Below are positions 38,661 through 52,603 of a stretch of 64,000 bases of DNA, one piece after another. How positions within the stretch are numbered: position 1 is the first letter of the stretch; every line of letters begins with the position of its first letter. The notes under the pieces were generated by a model that searched no databases, was not told where the DNA came from, and saw only the letters and a list, made by a program, of their open reading frames with translations. Source of the DNA: Antedon mediterranea (taxonomy: Eukaryota; Animalia; Echinodermata). Made by a program: the position numbers and the translations under genes. The stretch covers positions 33,052,437 through 33,116,436 of the forward strand of contig NC_092672.1 in assembly GCF_964355755.1 (NCBI RefSeq). Direction: 5' to 3'.

Positions 38661-41600
38661 AAAAAAAAAGATGATGGAGAGAGGACCAAAACTTTTATCT
38701 AACGATTGACACATCACAGTTTAGCAAACAAGTCGGCATAGATGAGCTCAGTGATTACTGTTTCTCAGTGATCTGTCATACTTTACGCCTATCCTATCAC
38801 ATCAAAAGTCAAAAATTCAGAATAATAATTCCTGGTCATTTTTGCAGTGTCATTTATTTTGTTAAAAAAAATTAGGTGCATTTATACCAATGTAAACCAC
38901 ATACAGTATGTGGTCAAAGGTTATAAATTGTACTTCCAGTCATTTTATGTGAAAATGTTTCATTACTACAAATATAAATGTCTCTATTCTGAACAAAATG
39001 ACACCAAAATCGATTGAAAATGATCAGTAGTTACTGAGATATACAGATAAGAGGTCAAAGGTCAAACTGGGAGAAACGTCATTTCCGGTCATTTTTTGAC
39101 GAAACTTTTCATTAGAGCAAATAGAAATATGTGGTTTGTGAACAATTTAACACCAGAATCAAGTCTCTACTGTTTATAGTTGCCAAGATATGAACACTTT
39201 TTGTTTTTATGGTGGCCATTTTGAAATCAAGATGGCCGCCATACCGGACGTTGGACACTTGGCACCCCCCGATATTTTTAATCTATATACATCAAAGAAA
39301 CTTTGTGGCAAGTTTCATGCTTTGGTAATAAAGTGCACAACTTGGCTATTTTTATGGCACTAACTGCTCTACTACTATGGCAATTTTACATATTTCCAGT
39401 CACTACTGTGTATAGCAAATAGCAATCATTTTGTCAGATACTAACAGTAACGCTGACAGTAGAACTGTTGCCATTGAAAAGCTTGATGTTAAATGGCTCT
39501 TACCAAGAGGTCACAGGTCACATTCAATAGGAATTACAGTTATATATTTTTCAGTAAATGACAGGTAGACTACTCCCACTACATTACCTGTGAAGTGATT
39601 TTTATTGATGAAAATAATATGCACTATAAATTAGAGCCTAGGCTAGCAGGCATGTAATTGTAGAAATAAGTACACCTGACCAAAGGTGATAAAAGGTGGC
39701 CAAGCACTGTCACAGTTTCTTGTTTAAATGCTACTAAATTCTGTCAAGCAAAAAACAAATTTTTAATATTATTTAAATGTACATATAAATAAGTATAAAA
39801 ATGCTATATAAATACTTCAATATGGAGTGAGATTATACAATTAATATTTATTTGTGTGAACACACTGACTGTATAATTAAAACAAATTTGGTAAATTTGG
39901 CATTTTATAATATTGGCCATTGGTCTTTTAAAACAAATGAATATTACATTAGCATTAAAATTTGAATGCCAGATACAAAATGGAGGTGTATTTTTATACC
40001 TCCATGGATACGACACCTACCCTGGGCTTATATTAGACCTCAATGGTAGTGTACTTATACGTAAAAGTTTAAGATTATCCCTTAATACTACCCTATTCAG
40101 ACAGACTCACTATTCATATTGTAGTCCCAGATTATCCCTTAAAGTCAGTGTGTATTCACATACAATGTACATACATGACACAATACTTTCTTTATTTTAC
40201 AAACTAGGTTAAAATACTAACAAAACAAAGTCAACAAATCAAACAAGTCGGGAATTATATAGCCAGTATTATTTTCAAAGTTCAGTACTATTGAGATTAA
40301 CAATCAGAAAATTCTGCAACATTTCAGGGCATAAATACCGATGGTTTTTGAAATAGGAGGAACAATCCTGGGTTGTCCTGCTGTTTTCATGCTAGGTATG
40401 CTGTGATTAACTGTAAGCCAATACTCTGGCTCTGAAATATTTAAATGGTTAATGATGAAATATTTGCATCTCAGTTCATAGACAATCATGTATTTCTCAT
40501 ACATTTTGTATTCAACCAGTAAAAAACTTTGTGGTTTGTTGATTTTTTCTCAGTTAAAATTAATTTAAAAATTAATAATATGTGATAGTAAATATATAAA
40601 ATATACAGTAAAAGGTCAAATCCTTGGGGACCAAACGAAAAAGAAAGAAACCGCAGGAAGAAAAAAAAAGATGACAATATTGTAAACAAACATTACACCT
40701 CATTCGATTTATGAGAATGTGTCCCCTCACCCTCCCCCAAAAGATGGATTTTAACAGTAAGAGAAACCGCAGAAAAAAAAAAGATTTGAGCTTGGACTGG
40801 TATGCTGACCAATTAGACCACTGGGCCTTTTTGTTTCCGACAATTGTAAACAATAATTTATTTAAAAAAATATATTGATAATGTTGTATTCTTGTTTTTA
40901 ATATTTTCAAAAAATTTACTAAATATGATGTTTTAATAGATACTGTAGTATTTATCATTTCTTTTTTACTTTGCATTCTTAAAATGGAAGAAGACATTTG
41001 ATATTTAAAGTTTGAAGTTTAAAATGAAATTAAAATTCCTGTTAATTGAAAACAAAAAATGATGCTGTAATGAAAATTAATTCCATTATCATGTTAGCCT
41101 TTCGCCAGATAGAATGTACTTGGGCTGATTTTTGGATGACGGGATGTATAAAATTTACATTTTTATCATTCTACTTTATTTATATTATATTGAAGTGCAT
41201 TTTTTTTTCCGTTATGACCTTGCATGACAAGTAATTTCTTCTTACAAGATCCTCTATTAATGATATTGATTGCAATGTTTAATTTTATATTATTATATAA
41301 TTTTTTTAGTAAATTATTTACCATTGTACAATTGATAAATTAATAAATGTTGAGATGTGTATGTAACATTACGATATATTTTTTTTTTAATTACTAGAAA
41401 GAAGCAACAATTGAAGGTTAAAAAAAATTCATAACAATAAAAATGAATACAATACAAATGTCAATTACTAGCTAGCCCCTTACAATAACCCGAAGGCTGT
41501 ATACTGGTTGCATTAGATTATAACATAAAGCAGGCTTAGAGAGCATCCAGGGCTCAAAGTATTACAACAGCGAGTGAGGCTGTCTTTGTATCAATATAAA

Positions 41601-42614
41601 TTAATGCATAACACGATGCTTTGATTATAATTATGATAATGGATTCCTAAACCAATATTATAATAACAGGAAGCCAGTCAAAAATGTATGATAATGTTTT
41701 ATAACAAAAACAGAATACATATTTTTAATAAAAATTACAATTTTTTTTTTTAATCTACTACTAGTGTATTCAAGAAACACCATAATAATTGTAAAATATG
41801 ATCATTATATACACTGTGTATGTATTTTAATGTGATAGCAAAACTACTAGGCTGATGATGCTGTTTTGTTTATCTGCTTTGAAAAAAATCTATTAAAAAT
41901 ATAACCTATATTTCTGAAAATAGAACGTCCGTAATTATTACGAAATTCTACCCAATTACAGACGTAGATGGAGATGTAAATACTACGGGAAAAAAACTGC
42001 ATACAAACTACTGTACGCAAAATATGGGAAAGCCCGGTGAAAACAATAATAATGGACAAATCAACAAACTACACGTTGAAAAGTCTTGCTTTCAAGAGTC
42101 GGAAAACCAATCCGAGAATGCTCAGAAACATGTACGCATGCGCAGAATGATGATAATGATGATGATGCGTAAAAAAACTACTGAAATTTTAATTTACATT
42201 GGAAATAAAGATACAAATATATAAACAAATGTTTAATTTAATGTATATTAATTATTATTATGTTTATTCTATTAAATTAATATATTAGTCAACTGTTGAC
42301 ATTATCATCCAGTATCAAAATTGGTTTCTACCCAATAGATAGGCCCTCTAGGCTAGATTAGTACTGTACTGTACTACACCACAATTATTATTACAAGGCT
42401 AGCCTCCTACTAGACTATATGCCTACCTTTTATTTATAACAAATGCACACAACTTCACGGTTGAAAAATTAATCAACTAATCGGTTTATTTACTTAATAT
42501 TATTACATTTTCGGAAACAACAACTTGATTCAATAGATTTATCCAGCTAATAATAGCTTAATGAAGCACAAACACATTTCTAATATCAGAAATCTCGTCC
42601 ACCCATTGTCGTAC

Positions 42615-44348
42615 GGATGCTAGTCAAGTCGCCCCATCGCAAAGTCGCCCCATACAAAGTCGCCCCTTACACAGTCGCCCCATCGCAAAGTCGCCCCAAA
42701 ACAAAGTCGCCCCGACACAGTCGCCCCATCGCAAAGTCGCCCCATCGCAAAGTCGCCCCAACGCAAAGTCGCCCCATCGCAAAGTCGCCCCATCACAAAG
42801 TTGCCCTATCGCAAAGTCGCCCCAAAACGTTAAAAAAATAGTTTACAAGTGCGTAAAATGTCGCAATGATACACAAAACACGGAACGTGTAGGCATAAAA
42901 GGGGAAGCCCCGCTATGTAGTCTCAGGTCACACGATCGGCACGCATCCCCCCCCCCTCCCCCATCATCAGAGAGGAAACCCCGACAATCACTCCGCGGTC
43001 GCACTAACGTGCGCTTACCAGAGGGAAAACCCCGTAATTACTCCGCCGTTGTCGCACTACAACGCACCATCTGGGGAAACCCCGCCGGAGTTTTACGATG
43101 ATATCAGTCGCGTTTGAAATTTTCGGTCGCGTTTAATTTGGTCGCGATAAAATGATGTTATACGATCTAGATTATTTTTACTTTGGTCGATGAATATTTA
43201 TTATTATTATTACTATTAGGGCTATATTAATAATTGATTTTTGTTTTTATTTTACAGGTCAGTATGATGAAAAAGATGTGTGCCTTAAAAAATGACAATT
43301 TGTAAACATAGTTTAAGATTATAGTATTATCCAGCATAATGTAATTTAACAGTACATAATTATTTAAATGTGAAATATTTTATAGGAAACGTAAGGCTGC
43401 GTCTGTGTCTTTTATTTTATTCCGTGCCTCTTCACTGTCTTGTTTAATTTAAAATTAAATAAACACCCGATATGAGGATATTTCTTTCTGCTGACCGTCG
43501 GGGATTCCCCTTTTTAAAAAACACGCACACGATACTGTACGATGGTTTTTCCATGGTCAAAATGTAGCGTTTTAAATTTTACTAAAATACCTGCATGTAA
43601 AACAATCATATCGGCGATGAAATCCTTTTTTTTTTTTTCTTCATTTTGAAAAGTCATTATAAAATTAAGACACATAACTTGTCAATAAATGCAAAATGAT
43701 CAATAAGTAGCATAACACTCATTGTCTTACAACACAGTTATTGTTTTAACTACTGTAAATCTATACGAAGGCCTACTACACATTTATACATTTATTATAT
43801 TATCTTAAAAAATGAGCTGGTATCCACGCGTAGGTTGAAGAAAGATTCGTAATTGTGGCTCTGGTAACTAATTTTAAAATCATATTAAATTAACATTTTC
43901 GAAACTATAAATCAGGGATAATCTTTTTAGAACTTTCAAACAACAAGGGACTATTTTTTTTAATGATTCTTAAAAAGCACATCCCTCCATTAAAACCTGT
44001 AAAATAAAAATTAAAACACAAATTATGTATATAATTGGATAAACATTATAATGCAGGCCTATACGACATTTAGCGCGACCAAAGTAACAACGCAACCGAT
44101 ATGATTAAAATAGCGTACTACTAGCGGCGGCGCTTCATAATCATACCGAATTGCGTGGGCGACTTTGCGATGGGGCGACTTTGCGATGGGGCGACTTTGC
44201 GTTGGGGCGACTTTGCGTTGGGGCGACTTTGTAATGGGGCGACTTTGCGATGGGGCGACTGTGCCGGGGCGACTTTGTTTTGGGGCGACTTTGTATTGGG
44301 CGACTTTGTATGGGGCGACTTTGCGATGGGGCGACTTGACTGGATCCC
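42615..44348. mobile_element. Foldback/Mutator-like element with TIRs made of ~17-bp tandem units
   Basis: (gcaaagtcgccccatc)n at 42625-42827 mirrored by (gatggggcgactttgc)n at 44156-44340; TGTCGTAC(G) at 42607 and 44349 (8-9-bp TSD). Confidence 0.88.
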
Positions 44349-45692
44349 TGTCGTACGCCGTACTCCTCCCAGGCCTAGCTAGGTTAAGCAGCACACGTCC
44401 GTCAGCGGAAACCATCCCGGATGATTGCTTCCGAAAGGCCTTCCCTAAAGTGCTGTTTCCTATAGTATTGTAGCCTACTTAATTACGTAAAATGCAGATA
44501 TAAATTAAAACGGATTAGATTATTATTACCTGAGGCTGTACAGCAAATGTCCGGTAGAATAATGAATAGATTGGTGTAAATAAACTCAATAATTTTATGT
44601 TCTCTCTTGGACTGATGGATGTTGGATGGTGGCGATTTTCTTTTCGTCCCCAGCTGCTGAGCATGCAGAGCAGCAGCCTAGCAGCTAGCAAAAAAGAAGA
44701 AGAAAACCACTAAAATATATAGAGGGCGCTATTACATTTTATGGCTCTTTCTCCTCCTCAGCTTCCCGAGAGTAGCTTTCATATGGACACCGATTTTTAC
44801 TAATAGAGGAAAACAATTATATAATATAATACTTTTCATTTGTATTTGTAAAACAAAACTATATTAGATGATTTTCTGAATTTTCATTGGTCGAGTGATT
44901 ACCAGAGTTGATATTTTACCAGTTGATATTCTCATTCCAAAGTTTCTCCATTGAGAATTCTCTATGGTTTCGTTTCATTGTCTGACTAGCTTCCCTCTGA
45001 TGTTTGTTTTTCAGTCTAATAAATGTTTAGGGATTCCCCCTGTAACTATACCGTGTGTACACGGTCGACTTGTATCCAGTGTGTGAATACTCCAATTATT
45101 TTGGGTCACACGGCAGTTTAAAATTGTTTAAATGACAATTTTACACTGTAATGTTATATTTATAGAAAACGCATTTGATTGTTTGTGACTTACAGCTATT
45201 GAGTATAACAGTCTTTCTAAGCATGCTCAGATCTACAAGTTAAGGGTCGACAATGAGGTAATATATACACTGCATTATATATTGCCAATATAAAAATTGA
45301 AGGTTTAATTTTTCAATTCAATTCAAATGTCACGTCTGTGTCAATAACATGATAAAAAACAAACATACAAACAAAAATAAAATATGTTCATAATAACATT
45401 CAGGACAGAATGAAAATGGGAATAGTAAAATAGAATAAAAAGTGCATATGCCTTAAGCTCTGTCCACACTATCAAAAAATGTTCATATATGGACATGATG
45501 ATGTCATATCACTACCGCATTTGGGTACATCACTACCATTTTTGGGCACATCACACTTTATTTGTCAAACTAGTTTGATAGTGTTGCCAGAGCTTTTAAA
45601 CCATGCTCCATGTTAAACTACATCATCATTCTGAGGCCACTTTTAACAACGAATCGGGAAATCGAAATCACCGAAAAAAAGACAAACGGTAC

Positions 45693-46002
45693 AAAGATGT
45701 ATTGTCCCGCTCCAAAATCATGAAAAATAATCATAAAATCAGACTTTTAATAGCCCATTTTGAAGCTTTAATAAAGTTATTACTTCAATAAGAAAACAAT
45801 TAATGATTTCACTTATAAAAAGACAAAATAAAAAAAATTAACCAAAAACCCATTGACTTCCAGTCAATTTGACAATTTGCGTTAAATTACAGTTTTTGCA
45901 GGTAAATAAATTTTTTTTTCGATCCAATTTTTGGTCAAAGTAATTATAACTATGTGACATTAAATGGCAACTATTTTGTTCACGGGGAAAATATATCTTT
46001 AA
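45693..46002. mobile_element. ~310-330-bp MITE family with (TT)AAAG..CTTTAA ends, Kolobok-like (other copies ~51771-52097, ~55205-55515, ~62892-63223)
   Basis: aaagatgtattgtccc / gggacaatatatctttaa-like termini and a shared interior in four places. Confidence 0.75.
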
Positions 46003-46664
46003 AAACAAAAATGCATTGAGTAATAAGATGCTGACCTTGAAAAGTATAACTCTGGCAAAATGTACTTCAACAAACAGGATACCAATGCGCGTGCGTACAA
46101 TCCTTTTCATAAGGAGTTAATGCCTATGACGTCATCATACTACAACGGATTGTGTATTTTCTATATATAATTTTTATTCTATCTTTCAACCAACCAAATC
46201 TGTTGAATGCATATTAGCACTTACCAAAGAATCATGAACAATTAAAGGCGCACGTTGTAAATACTATGCCAGATTAGTTTATCGCTGTGGTTGCTAAACA
46301 CGTGAAATTAAATTCACTTTTGCAAGGGGAAAAAGGAGCAACTTTTATATACAGGTTGGTGTTAGCTATGATTTTTTGTTTACATAATTATATATATTTT
46401 TACAATTTTTAAAGATATGAATCTTGGTATAATATATTTTTTTTTAAATGTGTTTATGCAGATGTTATTTTAAAGCGTGGTCTATTATGTATATATTTTA
46501 TATTAGTTTTTTCTCCCTTCCTTGATAATTTAGCATCAGGGCTGTAGCCAGCCGGAGGCTACCAATACCAATCCCCCCACCCACCAGCACAGCTCGTCAT
46601 ATTTTATATTAATAACTATAGGCCTATTTAAAGCAACTTTGCCTCGTCTGTTTTAACCCTTTTT

Positions 46665-46879
46665 GGCTTGGTGGTTATGATGCTTGGCTACCACTCCAAG
46701 GGTCCTGGGTTCAAGCCCCGTCACAGGACAAATTTACAAATCCACTCTTTGTAATAAGACTTTGTTTATGTAGGCTAGAGCATCTTGTGTATGTTTGTCT
46801 TGTGAACCTCTGAGGGTCCTAATGCAATTAGCAATTGCTGGATGGATCACCCTCATTAAATATGGTTTAAAAAAAAAAA
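46665..46879 (+). mobile_element. tRNA-derived SINE (same family as 24023-24270)
   Basis: tggcttggtgg A-box, ggttcaagcc B-box, shared body and A-tail. Confidence 0.85.
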
Positions 46880-48844
46880 CTCTCGCTACAACCTTGAGCA
46901 TGCATCGTCATTAATTATTTTAATTAATTTATTTAAAAACATAAACAGGATAAAAACGAATCATGTATAGATATTGTAGGCCTACCTGTATATTTGTTTT
47001 ATGTGTTATGTTATTATTGCACATTATAATAAGTGCATTTAGTTATAAGCTTTTAAAATATTTAGCTAAACATCTCGACATTTGATATGACCCGAGGGCA
47101 TTTTTTTTTTGTATAAAAAATGAAATTTGAATGATCCAGTTTTAGTTAACACATTGGCTGCCGTCGAAAGGTGGGTAAGTGGGAAGACATAGGTTCGTCT
47201 ATATTTAACAGCACATTGATATCTATATGTAGCAGCAAGAAATGCAAACACATTTCAACTGCGGTATATGGGTTTATTGCATAATCAATTTTTTTTTTCT
47301 TAGAGAAAAAATATGGATTCCTATAAATTAAAATTAGTAGTAGGCCTAATGCTTTAGTTGTATCTCGTCTTTATTTTGACATAGTCCTACCTGTCTGTCT
47401 GTCCCCCGTAGGCCTATACCCTATAAACAGATGTCTATTGTGTGTGATGCTGTTATGAAACGTTGTTACCGGTATTTCGCGACTGATGATACTCTAGTTA
47501 AAAGTGGAACACGGAAGTGACGCCACTTTTGACGGAAAAAGATATTAAATTCTGATCGATTCCTAAGCTATTGTAAAAAAGAAATATAAGTATTTAATCA
47601 TAGTATAAAATCATTCAGTGTGACGCAAAATGTATTTCTGGACTTCCCCTAAAATGTTTGTGAGAGTTGTTTTAGATTATTACGCACTAAGGAAAACATT
47701 TATTTCTCAATTGATCACTTCCTCCAATTGTTCAAGGTGTGTTACGCAATTGAATTGAATTCTCTAGGGTATAATACAAAGTATTTTAGGCCTATGAGTA
47801 TTAACCTGTAATGAATATCATTCTTGAAGCAATATATTACCTTCAACAAAGGGGGTTGGAGGGGGCGGGGTTAAGAACCTGTAATGTATTTTGTACCAAC
47901 TTTTTCACACATTTAGCCTTAAACATGTTTAGGTTCTAAACACATTCTAAACATGTAGTCTGTACTCAACTCAACACATCATTTACGTGTTTAAAGTTAA
48001 ACATGTGGAGCAATATAAAGACACGTTTAGGTTTTAAACGTGTTTAATTTGCCATGTGTAGAGCTCAGTGGAACTTTTCTCCGCCACAGTAAAATCGCAT
48101 GCACGCAACGCTAAACACGTACCTACACATGTTGACTGCTAAACATGTGGAAAAATTAAACATAATAGTGACATGTTGATTGCTAAACGAGTGGAGGAAA
48201 ACAACATGTAGCTATAAACACGTTAGATTATAAACACACTAAACATGTAACTACGTGTTTAAAAGCTCCACACTAAGAAAAACTAACATTTAAAATTGAT
48301 CTTGTGTATTAAATGATGCGAAGAAGAATTTTCCTTTAATTCTGTTTTATGACAAAAAATAGGCTTCATTATACGTTAAAATAACACGCCATCTGGGTGG
48401 TAAATTTAATACATTTTTAAAATAACAAAAGTGCAGTGTGACCAATTTAATGGTCACGTCATATTTATTATCGATTAAGTATTTACCCAGTGCCACCATG
48501 CCCTCTGGGCCCTCTTTGATTGTGACAAATCAAAGAAAACTGATTGTTCGATTAAACAATTGAATTGGAATTTTACGACAATCGCGCCTTTGTTTGACGA
48601 GGCACGCAGCATTTGCAGAGCCATTATTCAAAATTTCAGGGGATTTTCCCTTACCTAGTGACAATATTAAGCTTTATAAAAATGCAAATTTCAAGAGTGC
48701 CCAAATTATACTTTTGTATTCCCAGTCGGTAATGAGAACCCCCACCCCCACCCCCCACTGAGCAAAACCCTTTCATCTTTTTGAATACCGAACCATACAG
48801 TTTGAAAGAAATACGATAGATGCTGAATAATTCGCACAGCGGGC

Positions 48845-49295
48845 TAAAGGCCCATTCACACGACACTAGGACGATAACAATCGACGATAAATATATAGGA
48901 CTAAAGGCCCGGTCACACTAGGACGATAACGATAAATATATAAGCATGCATTTTTTTGTTTACATAAAACAAAAGAACTTTGAACGGTTTTCGTTCTAGA
49001 ACTATAGGATAATCACGCTGTCTTTAATAATAATATAATACTATTTTTAAAATTCCAATCAAACGACGTCATGATAAATAAAAACAATAACATCGTTGTA
49101 TTGTCACGATATTATTGCTAATCATGACGTCATTTGATTGGACGTGTGAAAATATCATTTTCATCAAAGACAGCATAAATGATTATTCTATAGTTCTAAA
49201 ATAAAAAGTTTGATAATTCTTTTGTTTTATGTATGAAACATGCATATTTGTCTATTTATCGTCGATCGTTATCTTCCTAGTGTAAATGGGCCTTA
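48845..49295. mobile_element. Harbinger-like MITE with duplicated left end
   Basis: aaggcccattcacac..ctaggacgataac / gttatcttcctagtgtaaatgggcctt inverted termini and extended internal inverted homology. Confidence 0.65.
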
Positions 49296-49429
49296 AGGCT
49301 GACGTAATAAAACTACTTTTTGGTATCTAACTGACAGACTATAATTTATATTATTAAATTATCCCTCTCCTAGATTCGCCCCTTGTTAAACATGATTCAT
49401 GTTTCCATACGTTTCCATACGTGTTTGAT

Positions 49430-49535
49430 CCCAAAAAATACTGGGGTAATAATGCTTGTAAAGCGCCTTTGAGCATGATTACTCATGAAAAGGGCGCTAT
49501 ATAAATCTGGTATTATTATTATTATTATTATTATA
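49430..49535 (+). mobile_element. L2/SINE-type 3' tail
   Basis: gtaaagcgcc.ttgagc...gggcgctatataaat followed by (TAT)n. Confidence 0.55.
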
Positions 49536-50092
49536 ATAAGTAAAAAGTATCCGCAACATTGTATTACCCATCATGCAATAGGCCTACATCTGAATTTTGT
49601 TCCCACATCTTTGATCCCACTATGAAGCAACGCAAGCACGTAGGTGGTAGCAACGCAAAGCGAATTGACCAATGGCGATGGATTATTCCAAATGTCGCTT
49701 GTGATTTGTCAATTCGCTTACGTCGTCCTTCCCTTGCGTTGCGGCCACCAGTGTAAAGCGTGGTTCCCACTAGAGACAAATCGCAAGGACGTATAAGCGA
49801 GTTGACCATTGACAAGCGACAGTTCGAATGATCCATCGTTTTCAGTGGGAACCAAACCTTAACTTAATGGCGAGTGTTCAGTGTTTTGCTCGTCCGTGAT
49901 AAACAAAAAGAATTACATGTGAAACGCGTGAGATTGCTGTATTGCGGAATTTGGCTATGATACTGGGGTAAAATATTAGTCATATGTAGAGATACAACAC
50001 TCAGATCATTAGGATAGCTAGCTAGTTATTTTCTCAGTTCATCTAATAATACATTTTAATCTTCTTTCTTAATTCTTAATTTCTTTCTACAG

Positions 50093-51633
50093 ATGGAGAT
50101 GGAGAATACGACAAGGGAATGTGGTGTAAAGGTCTACCATGGCCACATTGAGGAAAAAATAGCGTTAAATATTCATATCATAATATTTACTATCATCTTT
50201 ACAATGCTTGCTGTTGCCTCCATCATCTCTTTGATTCGATTGAAGGTAAGACGTAATCAATTACCAATCGATAGTGATCGATAAGTCACTAATCAATTGA
50301 TCAATAAAGAATTCATCAATTGATCATTATTGATCATTAACCAATATAATCAACCAAGTAATCATAAATCGATTAAGTAAAAATAAGTTTATGTAGATTT
50401 ATCGAATAATCAGTAATCGATATTGATTGATTATAAATATATATTCCTTATCAATGTTCAATAAACATTTTTATTTATTTTGTTTTTAAAGTATAAAAAG
50501 GATATCACACCATTTCTTGCAACTTTACTGGTTACCATAACAATATTCTGCGTATCGCGATGTTTATTTATCGCTATTGATCCGTATGGGATACATCAAC
50601 GGCTACCGATATTGTTTTATCGATTGATGGCTGATCTAGCCTTTCCGTTTATTACGTCATGTTATACCTTCCTCATACAAGCGTTGGTGGAGAGTTACAA
50701 ACCTAGACACATCAACAAGCGACTGTTTAGTTACGCATGGATTGTCTTCGTCATCTCGGCTCACATCATTTTCGTTGTCGTCTTCAGCGTTTTAGTTGTT
50801 TTCACGCATGCGTGTATCATGCTTGTAGTCTGCCACTTTCTAACTGTCGTCTGGTGTATGATTGTTATTGGTTTATTTATGTACATTCTTAGGAAGATTA
50901 TTGTGACGGACATGGACACGCGCGCAGTTGTATGCGCGTCTCATCCCCAGGCGAATAAAAAACCAAAAAAGAACAAGTACACATGTTGGCTCTTTGTGAG
51001 CACTTCAAAGATAACCCCTAGACGCGTCAAACTTGTATACGTGGCTAGAGCGTCAGTGCTGTTTCATGTTCTGATTGCAATATTCACCAGTTTGTCGATG
51101 CTTCTTATTTTACACCCTATTGTTGATTTGCCTGATAATAAAATGAGTCGGTTCACACTCTGGTTCTTCTTTGAATCTGTAACAAGGCAAGTATAACCAT
51201 AATAATCTATACAAGTAAATCAATTCAATTAAATTCAATTTCTTTATTGCTGCAAATGCCATCAAGGGCTAATATCCGCTTAAATATACTACATCATACA
51301 AACATAATTATTCATATTTACATTTAAAATTTAAACACATACAATTATAGTCATTACTACTGTAATCAATAATTCTATACTACTTTATAGGATGATTTTC
51401 GATTTACGACAGGTTATGTCATCTTAAAGGCCCTAGGTCCCACTTGGACGTGACTGGCAACATTTTATACTAAAGCTTTAGCCTAATAACATAATGTATC
51501 TTTCAATAGATTTGTCGAAGCATGTATGGTGTTGACGATGTTGTACCTGGCAGCCTACAAGAAAGGATCCAAGAATAGGGACGTACGTGGGCAATCAGTC
51601 TGTAGCATACAGAGTACAAAATCCTACATTTAA
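50093..51633 (+). CDS. 7-TM protein, PRRT3/PRRT4-like membrane domain; exons 50093-50245, 50492-51186, 51510-51633 (~323 aa)
   Basis: Phase-consistent splicing (0, then 2 via AG|GCAAGT); seven hydrophobic segments; motifs R.LF..IDPYG...RLP....L..DLAFP and W.F.....R..E typical of the PRRT3/4 TM domain. An upstream exon exists (acceptor just before the ATG) and could be coding. Confidence 0.8.
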
Positions 51634-52603
51634 TTTGATTAGATGTAGAGGGCGTTAAAAAAAAGCCGCTCGAGTTTCTTCAATCGTACAATTTGTACAA
51701 CCAATGTATATTTGTATACTGTATATAATTTCGGCTTTAATTAATTTATTATGATTGTGCTACATTGCTATTAAAGATGCATTGTATACCCCCAAAACAT
51801 GGACATTGAGATTAATAAAATCTGACTTTGCCATAGGCCATTTTACAGTTTTAATAAAGTTATTCACTTTGGTAGACAACGAACAAAAATAATGATTTCA
51901 TTTATAAAAAGAAAATATAAACGATTACATTTATTTGTCTTATTATTGCTTGAAATTACAGATTTTGTTTTGTTTTAATGTGAATATATATTTGATTTCG
52001 ATCCAATTCTTCGTCCAAAGTGAACTTATAACTATTATGTTCATAAATGGCATATTTTACACAAAAAAATGTTTTTCAGGGGACAATATATCTTTAACGT
52101 TATTAGTAATGGAGGGACGTAGAGTGAGACTATAGTAATATTTTTTAAATCAATACAATTCTGTTCTGTATTTATTTGTGACGTCATACGGTGTATAAAA
52201 TGTTCAAAAGCGTCACAATTTAAATTAAAATGACGTTGCTGTTATATATATATATATAAATATCATATTGTATATAAAAAAAATTTTAATTTAGGCCTAT
52301 TTATAGCACGAATACGTTATTTTGTTCGCTTATTTCGACACTGAACTAAACTCAACTTAATTGTGTTACTTGAAACTCGACGCAAGCGCTTTTACGAAAC
52401 CAGTTCCTTTGAGTTAAGTTAAGTTGTGTTCCGTGTCGATAAGCATTACGTCAGCACGTTGTTCTTCACTATTTTTGCGAATAAAACATTGGTTGCGAGT
52501 AGATGTGGAAATTTAAACAAACGTTTATATAAATTTGCTTAGTGGCAAATCAAAACATTAAGCTCATTGGGGTATAACTACACAACTATATAATTCTTTA
52601 TTA

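Larger units (their letters stand above)
35121..39374 (+). mobile_element. Academ-like DNA transposon (non-autonomous deletion derivative)
   Basis: Termini TAGTAGAGCAGTTAA / TTAACTGCTCTACTA, CTA on both flanks (3-bp TSD), ~500-bp TIRs (35121-~35825 vs ~38865-39374) and an internal transposase relic. Confidence 0.8.

Noticed and set aside
44059-44473. ORFs with KSPHRKVAP-type repeats (also 42617-42841)
   Set aside because: Translations of the 17-bp units in the foldback TIRs.
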